A DNA stretch of 64,000 nt. Source: Candidatus Marinacidobacterales bacterium (GTDB lineage Bacteria > Acidobacteriota > Vicinamibacteria > Marinacidobacterales > SMYC01). Positions 41,703 to 52,257 of this stretch are shown here, piece by piece. Where the stretch lies: contig CBDCYI010000004.1 in the NCBI GenBank assembly GCA_965224085.1, forward strand, positions 1,056,001 through 1,120,000, written 5' to 3'. Below the pieces are notes generated by a model. The model did not search any database, was not told the DNA's origin, and saw nothing but the letters and a program-made list of their open reading frames with translations. Position 1 is the stretch's first letter, and the number at the start of each line of letters is the position of its first letter. The position numbers and the translations under genes are program-made.

Positions 41703-42002
41703 TCAGTGTCTCGCGCGGACCAGGTGGTGCCATAGCTCGACATCTTTCGGCCGGCATTCGAGCGTTTTGAATCGAGAGAGTTTGGAAAGCGAATCCTTCC
41801 ATGCCAGAGCCACATCGCGCTCCGCATTGCGCTCTAAGAATGTAAAAGTTTCGAGTACCACGGGCACCGAAGTGCGCAGCTTGATTCCATCATCCTTGAG
41901 GGCCAGCCAAATCTCGGACGCCCGCGTGTGCAGCGGGTCACGCGTCAAGGCGAGGGCGATCCAAGCTCCTGAATCGATGAATACCAGCTCGCCCTGCCGC
42001 AT
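41703..42002 (-). pseudogene. PIN-domain (VapC-like) toxin, C-terminally truncated
   Basis: VFIDSGAWIA...DPLH...VVLET. The downstream acidic PIN residues are missing. Confidence 0.75.
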
Positions 42003-42217
42003 CAGGGCTCGTCGTAGATCGTATCGTGTTCCATGGATGAGCGCCGTGGTTCACCATCCCACAGAGCAACGGGCTCATCTGACTCGATGCCAGGTCGCAA
42101 CCAAACCCGGCGAACCGCCTCCCGTACGAGTTCAGCGACGCTGCGACCCGAGCGGTCCGCAGCGGCTCGAAGCGCTTCCAGCTCCTCTTCCCGGAGGTAA
42201 ACCTGTGTTTTAACCAT
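42002..42217 (-). CDS. CopG/RHH antitoxin
   Basis: KTQVYL...GRSVAELVREAV...EHD.IY. TGATG-coupled to the toxin. Confidence 0.85.
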   Translation of the reverse strand: MVKTQVYLREEELEALRAAADRSGRSVAELVREAVRRVWLRPGIESDEPVALWDGEPRRSSMEHDTIYDEP

Positions 42218-42297
42218 ATGTGTCATTTTATTCCAGTAATTGACGTGTATCAATTGCGGTTACTTTCGAGCGTCGTGACGAAGGGCCGCGCACTTCG

Positions 42298-43956
42298 TCA
42301 CTCGGTGTAACCGAGCGCGCGCAGCTGCTCTAGCGCCTCTTCGCTTATGTCGGTCTCGAACTTGTCCTCCCCATCTTTGGTGTTGAGCGTGGTGTCGATG
42401 TCCGCGTAGCGCGGCGCATGCTGCGCGAGCCAGCTACTCTCGAAAATTTGCGCGAGTACCTTCCCGTCCATGTCCAGGGGCACATCCGCTCCGAGCAAGT
42501 GCAGGATCGTCGGTGTGACGTCGAGCACAGTCGAGCCGTGGAAGATTTCCCCGCGGCGCAAGCCTTCCCCCTGGGCGATGAACAAGCCAAAAGGGGCGTG
42601 ATGGCCGCCGCCTTCGATGGGCTGCATCCCATGATCGGAAACGATCACGACGGTGGCGCGTCGCGGGAGTGCTTCGAGGATCTCCTGGAGCCAGCGATCG
42701 ATAAGCATGTACGTCTCGTCCACGATGTCGCGGACCGATTCGGGGCATCCTTCGGGGATGGGCTGTCCGTGGCGCCAGTGGAGCGTCGGGTGCCCCGCGA
42801 CATCGATGGACCGCAGGTAGATCGAGAACATGCCGGCGTCCATCTTCGGGAGGAGCTCGCGAGCGACCCGCAAGTAGTACTCATCCTGGATCAGTATCTT
42901 CTTCAAGACGGATTGCTGTTCGATGAACGGCGGGTTGCACTCTAAGAGGTGAAGACGCTCGAACGTGGGCGCGAGATCGTTGGCGTCAGGAGCCAGGGGG
43001 GCCATCTCTTCGGCAAGCGCTTCCGGCCAGCTCAGCCGGCTGCTCCCGCGGCGTTGCTCGCGGATCCCCATTCGCGACGAGGCGAGGAATCCGTTCACCG
43101 GATAGGCGGGCCACGTGCCCCAATAGCCGACGATCCCGACGGGCACTCCCGCATCTCCGAGAAGACTCCAAAACGGTTTCGCTCGCCAGTGAAGACTCTG
43201 GACTTCCGTGAGCTGTCCCCGCGGCGGGTAGAAACCGCGTCCGAGGTGGTCGCGATGAAGCGCCGGGTCGAGATGAAAGATCTCCTCGCCGGCGCGGTCG
43301 GTGATCGTGAGCCACGAAAGCTCCGCGGCCAGCCTGCGCCCGTCTTTCGCGCGCGCTTGCCGCGCGAAGACGAGCTCGATCGTGTTCCGCACCGGCGCCG
43401 ACGTCACCTCCACCGCGATCTCCTGCCACGCGTCCTCGAGCCGGACCGTGTCCACGGGCTCACCGTTCCAAAGGAACTGTACGCGCTGAGCGCCGGCGTG
43501 GCCGAAAGAGTGCATCCGCATCGTGAGCGTGAGAGGGGCCTGTCCGTGAAGCTCCGGGATCGTCATCGTGGCGCTGGCCGGGTCTTCATCGGCGCCCATC
43601 CACACCGAAGACGTTCCCGGGATCGGCAAGACGAAATCGCGCACGCCGTGCTTTTCCGGGATCTTACCTGTCGCGATCGAGGTCCACACGATCGGCGACC
43701 AGAATCCGCGGCGCAAGTTCTCGCTCATGATCGGCTTCGACGCCCAGGACTGGAGCGGGCCCGAGATGCCGGTACGGATCAGCCGGTCGAACGTCGGGAG
43801 CCGTCCCTCGGCGCGCAGGTCGTCCACAATGTCTAGGCTCGCTCCGTCGAGGCCGACGAACAGAACGAGACGCTCGGGCTCCCCCGGGGCACAGGACATC
43901 ATGCTGAGCACAGCTGCGCATACCACGCCTAGCGCGAATATCCCGCGAATCAGCAT
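42298..43956 (-). CDS. Alkaline-phosphatase-superfamily (type I phosphodiesterase-like) lipoprotein
   Basis: VGLDGA, WTSIATG, SDHG, DVTPTIL, LRALGY. Lipobox-like Cys. Confidence 0.88.
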   Translation of the reverse strand: MLIRGIFALGVVCAAVLSMMSCAPGEPERLVLFVGLDGASLDIVDDLRAEGRLPTFDRLIRTGISGPLQSWASKPIMSENLRRGFWSPIVWTSIATGKIPEKHGVRDFVLPIPGTSSVWMGADEDPASATMTIPELHGQAPLTLTMRMHSFGHAGAQRVQFLWNGEPVDTVRLEDAWQEIAVEVTSAPVRNTIELVFARQARAKDGRRLAAELSWLTITDRAGEEIFHLDPALHRDHLGRGFYPPRGQLTEVQSLHWRAKPFWSLLGDAGVPVGIVGYWGTWPAYPVNGFLASSRMGIREQRRGSSRLSWPEALAEEMAPLAPDANDLAPTFERLHLLECNPPFIEQQSVLKKILIQDEYYLRVARELLPKMDAGMFSIYLRSIDVAGHPTLHWRHGQPIPEGCPESVRDIVDETYMLIDRWLQEILEALPRRATVVIVSDHGMQPIEGGGHHAPFGLFIAQGEGLRRGEIFHGSTVLDVTPTILHLLGADVPLDMDGKVLAQIFESSWLAQHAPRYADIDTTLNTKDGEDKFETDISEEALEQLRALGYTE

Positions 43957-43959
43957 GCT

Positions 43960-44024
43960 CTATCCTACGTGATAAACTCTCTCGCAGCTGCAACCGGACG
44001 TGACACGCCCCTAGCGAGGCCGGT
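43960..44024 (+). repeat. Collapsed paralogous copy of the fdh upstream sequence joined to the Sec-codon region
   Basis: 43960-43985 matches 44951-44976, and 43986-44024 matches 45206-45244. Confidence 0.88.
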
Positions 44025-44279
44025 GGCGCGCTCGCGATCGGTCGCGCGATGGCGATTGTCTCCCAGACCCCAAGGAAATACAGCCACATTTGGCTGGCTC
44101 CGAAGCCAGCAGACGTCTCGTCCGGACGAGATTCTCTCACGACGCTAATGGGTCATTCGTTTTCCCACTCAGCGAGGAGGTTCGACGCCTCGAATCTCGT
44201 CTCTATCTAGTCGTAGGCCCCGCGGAAGCGACCGACGCGTTGACGCGGTCGCCACGTGGCGGTAGATTGGAGGTCGAGG

Positions 44280-44642
44280 TTGGGTTTGATCCAGGTCACA
44301 GTAACTCTAAGGGTTCCGGGTAGCGAGAACGCCGGTTATGAAGCGTTGTTTCTCGTCGACACCGGGGCTACGGACTCGATGGCGCCCGGCTCGGAGCTTC
44401 GCATCGCAGGGATCGAGCCCGTCGGCAAGATGAGCTACGAACTCGCCAACGGAGAGGTCCAGGAGTACCCGTTCGGGCTTGCACAGATCGAGTTTATGGG
44501 AGAAGTCACCGCGGGGCGGGTGGTTTTCGGTCCTTCAGGGACGGAACCCATTCTGGGGGTCACGGCACTAGAATCCGTCGGCATCACGATCGATCCTGCA
44601 AATCGGACCCTGAAACGACACCCGGCGATACCTCTCAAGTGA
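44280..44642 (+). CDS. Clan AA (retropepsin-like) aspartic protease
   Basis: FLVDTGA, ILGVTALE. GGAGG then a TTG start. Confidence 0.85.
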   Translation: MGLIQVTVTLRVPGSENAGYEALFLVDTGATDSMAPGSELRIAGIEPVGKMSYELANGEVQEYPFGLAQIEFMGEVTAGRVVFGPSGTEPILGVTALESVGITIDPANRTLKRHPAIPLK

Positions 44643-44714
44643 GGCCCAGACTTCGCTTGGAGCCCGGGCGCCACAACTTCGGCCACGGTTTCCGCGGCGG
44701 AGGGCGCGGGAGCA

Positions 44715-44870
44715 TTAATTAATGATCGCGTTCAGCGTCTCCGGAACGCTGGGCCCCAGAAACGGAAACGGCCCCGTCAGCAGCTCGTGCAACACGATCC
44801 CGAAGCTGAAGACGTCACTCCGGTTGTCGACATCCTCGCCGCGTGCTTGCTCGGGTGACATGTAAGAGGA
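44715..44870 (-). pseudogene. Ser/Thr kinase fragment (subdomains VIII-IX)
   Basis: YMSPEQARG...[16 protein letters not shown]. Confidence 0.85.
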
Positions 44871-44986
44871 CGGCGCCCACGATCGCGCCGTCCTGGGTCT
44901 CACCAAGAGCGCGCCACGCCTAACGCGAACGCACGGCGAAACAGCGTGCCCTATCCTACGTGATAAACTCTCCCGCGAGGCAAGTT

Positions 44987-46864
44987 ATGGGTAAGAGTTA
45001 CAAACGACTGACTCATCCAATGGTTCGCGACAACGGGTCTCTCCGTCGTGCGAGCTGGGATGAGGCGCTCGAGCGCGCCGCCGCGGGCTTCAAAGACCGC
45101 CGCGGGACGTCCTTCGGGCTTTTTAGCTGCTCCAAGTCGACCAACGAGATGAACTTCATGGCCGAGAAGTTCGCGCGTGTCGTCATGGGCAGTAACAATA
45201 TCGATAGCTGCAACCGCACGTGACACGCTCCTAGCGTCGCCGGTCTGGCGAAAGTGTTCGGAGCGGGCGGGGGTACGAGCTCGTACCGTGAGCTCGAAGA
45301 AACGGATGTCATCATCTTGTGGGGCTCGAACGCCCGCGACGCGCACCCTATCTTTTTTCATCACGTTTTGAAAGGCGTACATAAAGGCGCCAAACTCTAC
45401 ACTATCGATCCGCGCCGGACCAGCTCTGCGCAGTGGGCCGATCTCTGGTTGGGTCTCGATGTCGGCACGGATATCGCCCTCGCGAACGCGGTCGGCCGCG
45501 AGATCATCAAATCCGGTCTCACGCATCGAACTTTCATCGAGAACGCGACGACCGGTTTCGAAGCCTACGAGGCGTTGGTCGAGTCCTATACGCTCGAATA
45601 TGCCGAAGACGTCACGTCCCTTCCGAGGGAAAGCATCCGCGAGCTCGCGCATAGCTACGCGAAAGCGGACCGCGCGCAGCTCTGCTGGACGCTCGGCATC
45701 ACCGAGCATCACAACGCCACCGACAACGTGTGCGCGCTCATCAACCTCGCGCTTCTCACGGGCCATGTGGGCCGGTGGGGCTCCGGGGTCGTGCCTATCC
45801 GCGGCCAGAACAACGTACAGGGTGGAGGCGACATGGGCTCGCTCCCGAACAAGTTCCCCGGCTTCCAAGATGTCGAGAGCCCGGACTCCCAGGCGAAGTT
45901 CCAAAAAGCGTGGGGCGCGCGTCTCCCCGACAAGAACGGTCTGCACCTTACGCTCATGTTCGAGGCCATGGCGCGCGGAGACCTGACGTCGCTCTACGTG
46001 ATTGGCGAGAACCCAGCGCAGTCGGAAGCGGACGTAGGCCATGCGATAAAAGTCCTGGAAGGCCTCGAGCACTTCGTCGTGCAGGACCTCTTTCTCACCA
46101 AGACTGCCGAGCTTGCCGATGTGGTGTTCCCGGCGGCCGCTGCCTGGGCGGAGTCCAAGGGCACGGTGACGAGCAGCGAGCGACGGGTCCAACGGGTGCG
46201 CAAGGCGCTCGACGCGCCGGGCGAAGCGAAAGACGATATCGAGATCATCTGCCGGCTCGCGCAAGCGATGGGCCATGATTGGTCCGTGCCGACGGCCGAA
46301 GAGGCATGGGATGAGCTTCGAAGCCTCTCGCCGTTGCACGCGGGCATGAGCTATGCGCGCCTCGAAGAGCTCGGGGGGCTGCAATGGCCGTGCCCGGACG
46401 AGAGCCATCCCGGTAGCCCGTTCCTTCATGGCCGACTTTGGGAGCGTCCCGCCGGTGGACGTCTCGCGCCTTTTTCGATCGTCGAGCAAGTCCCGCCGGT
46501 CGACAAGCTGACCGACGAGTTCCCGCTTCGTCTCACCACGGGCCGGCGGCTCGACTCTTACAACACGGGTGTCCAGACCGGAAGCTTCGACTCCCCTATC
46601 CGTAATCGCGAGACGCTCGATCTCGCGCCCGCGGACGGGGAGCGCTACGGCGTTCACGAAGGGCAGAACGTTAAGATCACGTCGCGTCGCGGCTCGATCG
46701 AAGCACCGGTACGCTTCGACACGAACTTGAGGCCGGGGCTCGCGTTCCTCACGCTTCATTTCCCCGACGAGGTCGACGTCAACCAGCTCACGATCGAGGC
46801 GTGGGATCCCAAGTCGGGCACTTCGGAGTTCAAAGCCACCGCGATTCGCATCGACGCCACTTAG
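44987..46864 (+). CDS. Selenocysteine formate dehydrogenase, Mo/W-bisPGD catalytic subunit lacking the N-terminal Fe-S region (Sec at 45221-45223)
   Basis: ORFs 44960..45223 and 45254..46864 are in frame: NNIDSCNRT-U-HAPSVAGL. RGQNNVQG, GENP and EFKATA motifs. Confidence 0.94.
45237..45251 (+). promoter_or_regulatory. SECIS hairpin of fdh
   Basis: TCGCC-GGTCT-GGCGA, 13 nt after the UGA. The GGTCT apex resembles the E. coli fdhF SECIS. Confidence 0.8.
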
Positions 46865-46873
46865 GAACCCTTC

Positions 46874-48688
46874 ATGGACCTTCACTTCCTGGACGCCGCT
46901 CCTACGGACGAGGAGCGCGCGGCACTCGACAACTTGCTCGGCCCACCCACCGAGCTCGACGAGCCGGGTGAGGCGCTCGAAGCGCACATCGTACGCGGCG
47001 GACGTCACGCCGCCGAAGCGCGCCGCCATCTTCTGCTCCCAGCTCTGCGTGCTATACAAGGCGGCATCGGTTGGGTCAGCCAAGGTGCTTTGAACTACAT
47101 CTGTCGGCGCCTCATGGTTCCGCCGGCCGAGGCTTACGGTGTCGTGACGTTCTACTCCCTCCTCGCCACCGAGAAGCGCCCGGCGCGCGTGGCGCATGTC
47201 TGCGACGACATCGCGTGTAAGCTTGCGGGCGCGGACGACCTCTGTGCCACGCTCGAGAAAACCTTCGATGCGGGCTCATGGCACCGCAGCCCGTGTCTAG
47301 GCCAATGCGAGCGCGGCCCCGCGGTAATGTTTCAGCTCGCGGGCGATGAAGACTGGGTTCTTACGGCGGCCACAGCGGACGGTGTGCGGCAGGGTCTAGA
47401 AGGTGGGAACGAGCGACCGACGCCCGCGCCATCGACCCCGCAAACCGCCGACCCCCGCGAAGAAGGGCTGCGCATTCTCCGCCGCGTCGGCGTCGCCGAT
47501 CCTACGAGTCTTGACGAGTATCGGGAGCACGGGGGCTACCGAGCGCTCAGGCGGGCGGTGAGCCTTGGCTCCGACGGCATCGTTCGAGAGGTCAAAGATT
47601 CCGGGCTTAGAGGACGTGGCGGCGCTGCCTTCCCGATGGGCATCAAGTGGGACGCGGTCGCAAAAGCGCCCGTGCGCCCGCACTATGTCGTCTGCAACGC
47701 GGACGAGTCGGAGCCCGGGACGTTCAAAGACCGCGTGTTGATGGAAGAGGACCCGTTCGCCATCGTCGAAGCGATGACGATCGCGTGCTTCGCGACCGGC
47801 TCGGAGCGAGGCTACATCTATATACGCGGCGAATATCCTCACGCGACAAAACGCTTGCAAAACGCGATCGATAGCGCCACCCGGCGCGGTTTTCTCGGCG
47901 AGAACGTAATGGGCGAAGGCTTTCGCATCGATCTCGAGATACGGCGAGGGGCCGGCGCCTATATTTGCGGTGAGGAGACCGCGCTCTTCAACTCGATCGA
48001 AGGCTTTCGCGGCGAGCCCCGCAACAAGCCACCCTTCCCGACACAAGTGGGGCTTTTCGGAAAGCCGACCGTCGTCAACAACGTTGAGACACTCGTCAAC
48101 GTGCTCGACATCGTGAGCGATGGCGGCCCGAGCTTCGCATCGATCGGCTCGAAAGACTCGACGGGCTCGAAACTCTTCTGCGTCTCCGGCAATGTTGCCA
48201 AGCCGGGACTCTATGAAGTGCCTTTCGGGACGACGCTCGAGGAGCTTCTCGAAAAAGCTGGCGGTGCTGAGAGGATCCAGTCCATTCTTCTCGGCGGTGC
48301 GGCCGGTTCTTTCGTAAGCCCCGACGAGATCGACGTGCCGCTGACTTTCGAAGGCACGCGCGCGATCGGCGCGTCCCTCGGCTCGGGGGTCGTGATGGTT
48401 TTCGGTGAGCGTGCGAACCTGACGGATATTCTGCTGCGGGTCGCCGAGTTTTTCCGCGACGAGTCGTGCGGGCAATGCGTTCCGTGCCGCGTCGGGACCG
48501 TCCGCGTCGAGGAGGCGCTACACCGCCTCGCGAAAAACGGCGGGCGCCAAAACGGCGAAGTCGAGCTCATTGACGAGCTCGCGCAGGTCATGAAAGACGC
48601 ATCCATTTGCGGCCTGGGCCACACCGCGGCGAGCGCCGTGCAATCGGCTCTGTCGAGGAATCTCTTAGCACCCAAGGATGACGCATGA
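46874..48688 (+). CDS. Fused NuoE/NuoF-like diaphorase subunit (FdsG+FdsB equivalent)
   Basis: CDDIAC/CLGQC 2Fe-2S. GRGGAAFP, NADESEPG, GAYICGEE, ESCGQCVPCR, CGLG. Confidence 0.93.
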   Translation: MDLHFLDAAPTDEERAALDNLLGPPTELDEPGEALEAHIVRGGRHAAEARRHLLLPALRAIQGGIGWVSQGALNYICRRLMVPPAEAYGVVTFYSLLATEKRPARVAHVCDDIACKLAGADDLCATLEKTFDAGSWHRSPCLGQCERGPAVMFQLAGDEDWVLTAATADGVRQGLEGGNERPTPAPSTPQTADPREEGLRILRRVGVADPTSLDEYREHGGYRALRRAVSLGSDGIVREVKDSGLRGRGGAAFPMGIKWDAVAKAPVRPHYVVCNADESEPGTFKDRVLMEEDPFAIVEAMTIACFATGSERGYIYIRGEYPHATKRLQNAIDSATRRGFLGENVMGEGFRIDLEIRRGAGAYICGEETALFNSIEGFRGEPRNKPPFPTQVGLFGKPTVVNNVETLVNVLDIVSDGGPSFASIGSKDSTGSKLFCVSGNVAKPGLYEVPFGTTLEELLEKAGGAERIQSILLGGAAGSFVSPDEIDVPLTFEGTRAIGASLGSGVVMVFGERANLTDILLRVAEFFRDESCGQCVPCRVGTVRVEEALHRLAKNGGRQNGEVELIDELAQVMKDASICGLGHTAASAVQSALSRNLLAPKDDA

Positions 48689-49599
48689 GCGACCGGCTCG
48701 TAGAAATCGAAATCGACGGAGACGCTGTCTCCGTAACCGAAGGGGCGACGCTACTCGACGCTTGCCGCCAAAAAGGCATCGGGACCCCAACCCTCTGCTA
48801 TCTCGAGAACTTGACGCCGGTCAATGCGTGCCGCGTCTGCGTTGTCGAGCTCGAAGGCTCGCGAACCCTCGTTCCGGCTTGTTCGCGCGAGGCAGAGCCC
48901 GACATGAAAATCCAGACGGACAGTGAGCGCGTCCGCCACAGCCGCAAGCTCGTGCTCGAGCTTCTCGCTTCGTCCGTCGACATGTCGCTCGCCACCGACG
49001 AGATCCAAGGATTCATCGAGCGTTACGACGCAAAACCCGAGCGCTTCGGCACCGCGGCGCCGGCAACCGAAGCCGGCGATCGAGACTCCCGACCCACGGG
49101 ACACCATCACGCGCCGTCGGGCGAGCTCGCCGAAACGGTCGCGCAGCCCGTGAAGATCCACGACGAGATGTATGTGCGCGATTACAGCCGCTGCATCCTT
49201 TGCTACAAATGCGTTGAGGCGTGCGGCACCGACGCCCAGAACACGTTTGCCATCGCCGTGGCGGGTCGCGGCTTCGACGCCCGCATCTCGACGGAGTTCA
49301 ACACCCCGCTCGACGATTCCGCCTGTGTTTATTGCGGCAATTGCATCGGCGTCTGTCCGACGGGCGCTCTGATGTTCAAAGCGGAGCACGACCACCGCGA
49401 AGCGGGCACGTGGGACGCGTCGAAGCAGGATGTCACCCGCACCGTGTGCTCGTATTGCGGGGTGGGTTGCAACCTCGAGCTCCACGTCCAGGATAATGCG
49501 ATCGTACGCGTCACTTCACCCCAGGACCACGATGTGACGCACGGCCACTTGTGTATCAAAGGGCGGTTCGGCTGGCAGTTTGTGCAGAATCGCGAATAG
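48685..49599 (+). CDS. Fe-S subunit equivalent to the FdsA/NuoG N-terminus, including the FS0 motif
   Basis: PTLC...ACRVC...AC, CILCYKCVEAC, CVYCGNCIGVCP, C-terminal TVCSYCGVGC...LCIKGRFG. Confidence 0.93.
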   Translation: MSDRLVEIEIDGDAVSVTEGATLLDACRQKGIGTPTLCYLENLTPVNACRVCVVELEGSRTLVPACSREAEPDMKIQTDSERVRHSRKLVLELLASSVDMSLATDEIQGFIERYDAKPERFGTAAPATEAGDRDSRPTGHHHAPSGELAETVAQPVKIHDEMYVRDYSRCILCYKCVEACGTDAQNTFAIAVAGRGFDARISTEFNTPLDDSACVYCGNCIGVCPTGALMFKAEHDHREAGTWDASKQDVTRTVCSYCGVGCNLELHVQDNAIVRVTSPQDHDVTHGHLCIKGRFGWQFVQNRE

Positions 49600-49642
49600 G
49601 TATTGCTAGCAGCAGGAGAATGTTGTCGTCAACGCGCCGCCC

Positions 49643-51961
49643 TCAGTCGACGCCGCCGCTAATCGTGAGGCCGAAAAAGAGCTCGCGTCCGGGCGACGGC
49701 TCGTAGTACCGGCGTCCGAAGGCGTTGGGGATGGTCGAGCCGTTGTAGCGCTCGTCGAACACGTTGTCGATGCCGAGGAAGGGGTGGAGGTCTACCTTCT
49801 TCCACAAGCGAGCGAGTGCAAAGCGAAGGTTTACAACGTGGGAGGCCCAGTTGGACTCCGAGTTGGCATTGTTCACGGCGTAGGCATCCATCCACTCATA
49901 GTTCACGACCGAGCGGAGCCCGAACTCGGTCTCGAAGCTGACCTCCGCGAACAGACGATTGGGCGGTGCGCCGGGCTCCTGATTGCCCGAGAAATCGGCG
50001 TTGTCAGTGACGAATCGCGTGAACTCGAAATCCTGGTACGTGTACGCTAGGCGAGTCTTAACGCTCGGGACCGGGGTCCAGTCCAGAAGAAGCTCGAGAC
50101 CGTTGCGTGTCGACTCGCCGGCGTTCCTGAAGAAGGTCTGCTCGTCCTCCCGCTCGAACTGAATGAGCGTGTTCTTAAGCGTGGCGAAGTATACGGCGAC
50201 GCCGTAGTGCAGCCGTGACTCCGGCACGAGCCCCCGAAGTCCGAACTCGAGGCTCCGCACATCCTCGGGCTCGAGGTCCGTATTGAAGCCGCCTTCGCCC
50301 GTCGGCCGGTTCGACAGCTCGACGGTTGTCGGCGTTTGGTAGGCTGTGGATAAGCTGGCGTACACATTGAGCTCGTCGGTGGCCGCGTAGGTCACACCGG
50401 CCATCGGGCTGAACGCGTCCATCGTTCTGCCACCGGACTGGTCACCGTCACTCAGGAAGAGATCGGTTACCTCGAAGTCGAAGTAGTCGTATCGGATGCC
50501 CGCGGTCACCGTCCATTGCGGCTGTGGTTGGAAGTTCACCTGAGCGAAGGGCCCGAGCGAAAACACCTTCTCGGCCTGGTCGACCAGCTGGCGCCCCTCC
50601 TCCGCCATGCCGTCGTCACCGGCCCCCTCGTTGACGAACTCGACACGATCGTCGTTTTGGGAGGAGGCATCGACACCCGCCGTCCAAGTGACGGGAACCG
50701 TGCCGATTCGAACGGCACCACTGTACTCGGACCGGAAGCCTGAGCCTGTGCGGCCAAGCTGAATGATCCGGAACGGAATCGGATTCACCACGTCCCGCCA
50801 CATACCCCAGCCGCTCGCTCGGAGCGATTGGCCGCCGCCGAAGCGGTGCTCAAAGGCGATGCCGCCTTGGCCCTGGGTAGCACTCTCGCCCCATCCCTGA
50901 GCGATGGCGAGCGACCTGACGCTTTGGGGGTTGTCCATGGCGTCCGATCGCGTCAGCGTGCTCGAGCTCTGGCCAAAAGGGAGGTCGAACAGGTTGAAGA
51001 TGCCCCGGAGCTCGGTCTTTGGAGTCAGCTCTGTACGGATCACTACGTTGGCCTGACGAACCTCCCCGGCGCTGTGCTGGCGGTACCCGTCGGTCGCGAT
51101 GCGGCTCACATCCACCAGGTAGCCGACCCGGCCCGAGGATCCTTGGACTTTGACGGCTTGGCGCTCGTACCCGTAGCTGCCGAACTGGAAGTCCGGTGTG
51201 ATGACGAGCGGACGCGACGGTGGGAACTCTGTACGAAAAGCGACGACTCCTGCTGCGGAGTTCCCATAGAGCACCGAGCTTGGCCCGCGAATGACTTCGA
51301 TCCGTCCGGTGGATCCCAGATTGATGTTCGTCGGCTGCGTCGTTCCATCTGCGGTGGTGAGGGGGATCCCGTCCTGAATGAGCTGAATGCCCGCCATGCC
51401 GAAGCCCCTCGGAAGAGGCGACCGGATGTTGAGCCTGATACCGCCCGTCTTCGAGAAGTCGTGACGGTTCTGAGCGTACACGCCGGGAATGGCCCGGAGG
51501 GTCTCGGCCGGTGTCGCCCTGCGCTGCCCGAACTGGATCTCCTCGCCGGAAACGACGCTTACGGCCTGCGGAACCACGGACAGCGACTGCTCGGCGCGGG
51601 TGACCGTGACGGTCTCGCTGATGGCGGCGATCTGCAGCGTGAGGTCCAACGTTTGGGGCTCGCCCGGCGCGACCGTGACGGTGGCAACCTCGCTGCGAAA
51701 ACCGGGCAACACCGCCTGTAGATCGTAATCGCCACCCTCGAGCCCGGAGAACTCATAGTGTCCCCGGGCGTCGCAGAAGACGGTCGCGACGTTTCCGGTC
51801 TGCAGGTTCTTCGCCGTGATGGTCGCACCAACCAAAACCCCTCCCCGCTCGTCGTGGAGCGTTCCGTTTATTTGGGCCGGTTGTGTCTGAGCGCGTGCCT
51901 TCGGCGTGAGTCCGCACAGCAGCAACCCGCTCAAACACATGGTCACAGAGGCGTAGTTCAT
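49643..51961 (-). CDS. TonB-dependent receptor with an N-terminal carboxypeptidase-regulatory-like domain
   Basis: ETVTVT, RIEVIRGPSSVLYG, NVFDERY...PGR. Confidence 0.92.
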   Translation of the reverse strand: MNYASVTMCLSGLLLCGLTPKARAQTQPAQINGTLHDERGGVLVGATITAKNLQTGNVATVFCDARGHYEFSGLEGGDYDLQAVLPGFRSEVATVTVAPGEPQTLDLTLQIAAISETVTVTRAEQSLSVVPQAVSVVSGEEIQFGQRRATPAETLRAIPGVYAQNRHDFSKTGGIRLNIRSPLPRGFGMAGIQLIQDGIPLTTADGTTQPTNINLGSTGRIEVIRGPSSVLYGNSAAGVVAFRTEFPPSRPLVITPDFQFGSYGYERQAVKVQGSSGRVGYLVDVSRIATDGYRQHSAGEVRQANVVIRTELTPKTELRGIFNLFDLPFGQSSSTLTRSDAMDNPQSVRSLAIAQGWGESATQGQGGIAFEHRFGGGQSLRASGWGMWRDVVNPIPFRIIQLGRTGSGFRSEYSGAVRIGTVPVTWTAGVDASSQNDDRVEFVNEGAGDDGMAEEGRQLVDQAEKVFSLGPFAQVNFQPQPQWTVTAGIRYDYFDFEVTDLFLSDGDQSGGRTMDAFSPMAGVTYAATDELNVYASLSTAYQTPTTVELSNRPTGEGGFNTDLEPEDVRSLEFGLRGLVPESRLHYGVAVYFATLKNTLIQFEREDEQTFFRNAGESTRNGLELLLDWTPVPSVKTRLAYTYQDFEFTRFVTDNADFSGNQEPGAPPNRLFAEVSFETEFGLRSVVNYEWMDAYAVNNANSESNWASHVVNLRFALARLWKKVDLHPFLGIDNVFDERYNGSTIPNAFGRRYYEPSPGRELFFGLTISGGVD

Positions 51962-52257
51962 CTTGATACCTCGAATAAAAGGAAACCGCGGCAGCGAAAA
52001 CGAATTCGTCCGCGAGAGTTCAGACCTCGGCGCCTAATGCCCGCGCTCCTCATACCGCCGACGCTATCGTAGCACTAACCGACCCGCTCTAGAACACTCG
52101 GCCAAAGGTACTTTGTCGGATTGGTGACTCTTTTTCTGCAAGTCGTTCCAAGATCCCATGGCCAACGCCGTAGTGAGAACGCGCTCGCCAGGAACAAGCG
52201 GTTCGGGACGATCCCCTCGAGTCCATTTGGGTTGTAGAGTAATATGCGTCACACTTC

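Noticed and set aside
44001-44210. Read-through selenoprotein from the second TGA-CAC copy
   Set aside because: No start codon or RBS in frame, the SECIS is disrupted, and the downstream sequence is not FDH-like.
44951-47197. 748-aa minus-strand ORF and similar long antisense ORFs (18809-19864, 20479-21684, 55848-57350)
   Set aside because: They lie opposite well-supported genes. Such shadows are expected in high-GC DNA.
51962-52257. Cobalamin or other riboswitch upstream of the TonB receptor
   Set aside because: I could not find a B12 box or other conserved aptamer motifs by eye. A covariance-model search would be needed.
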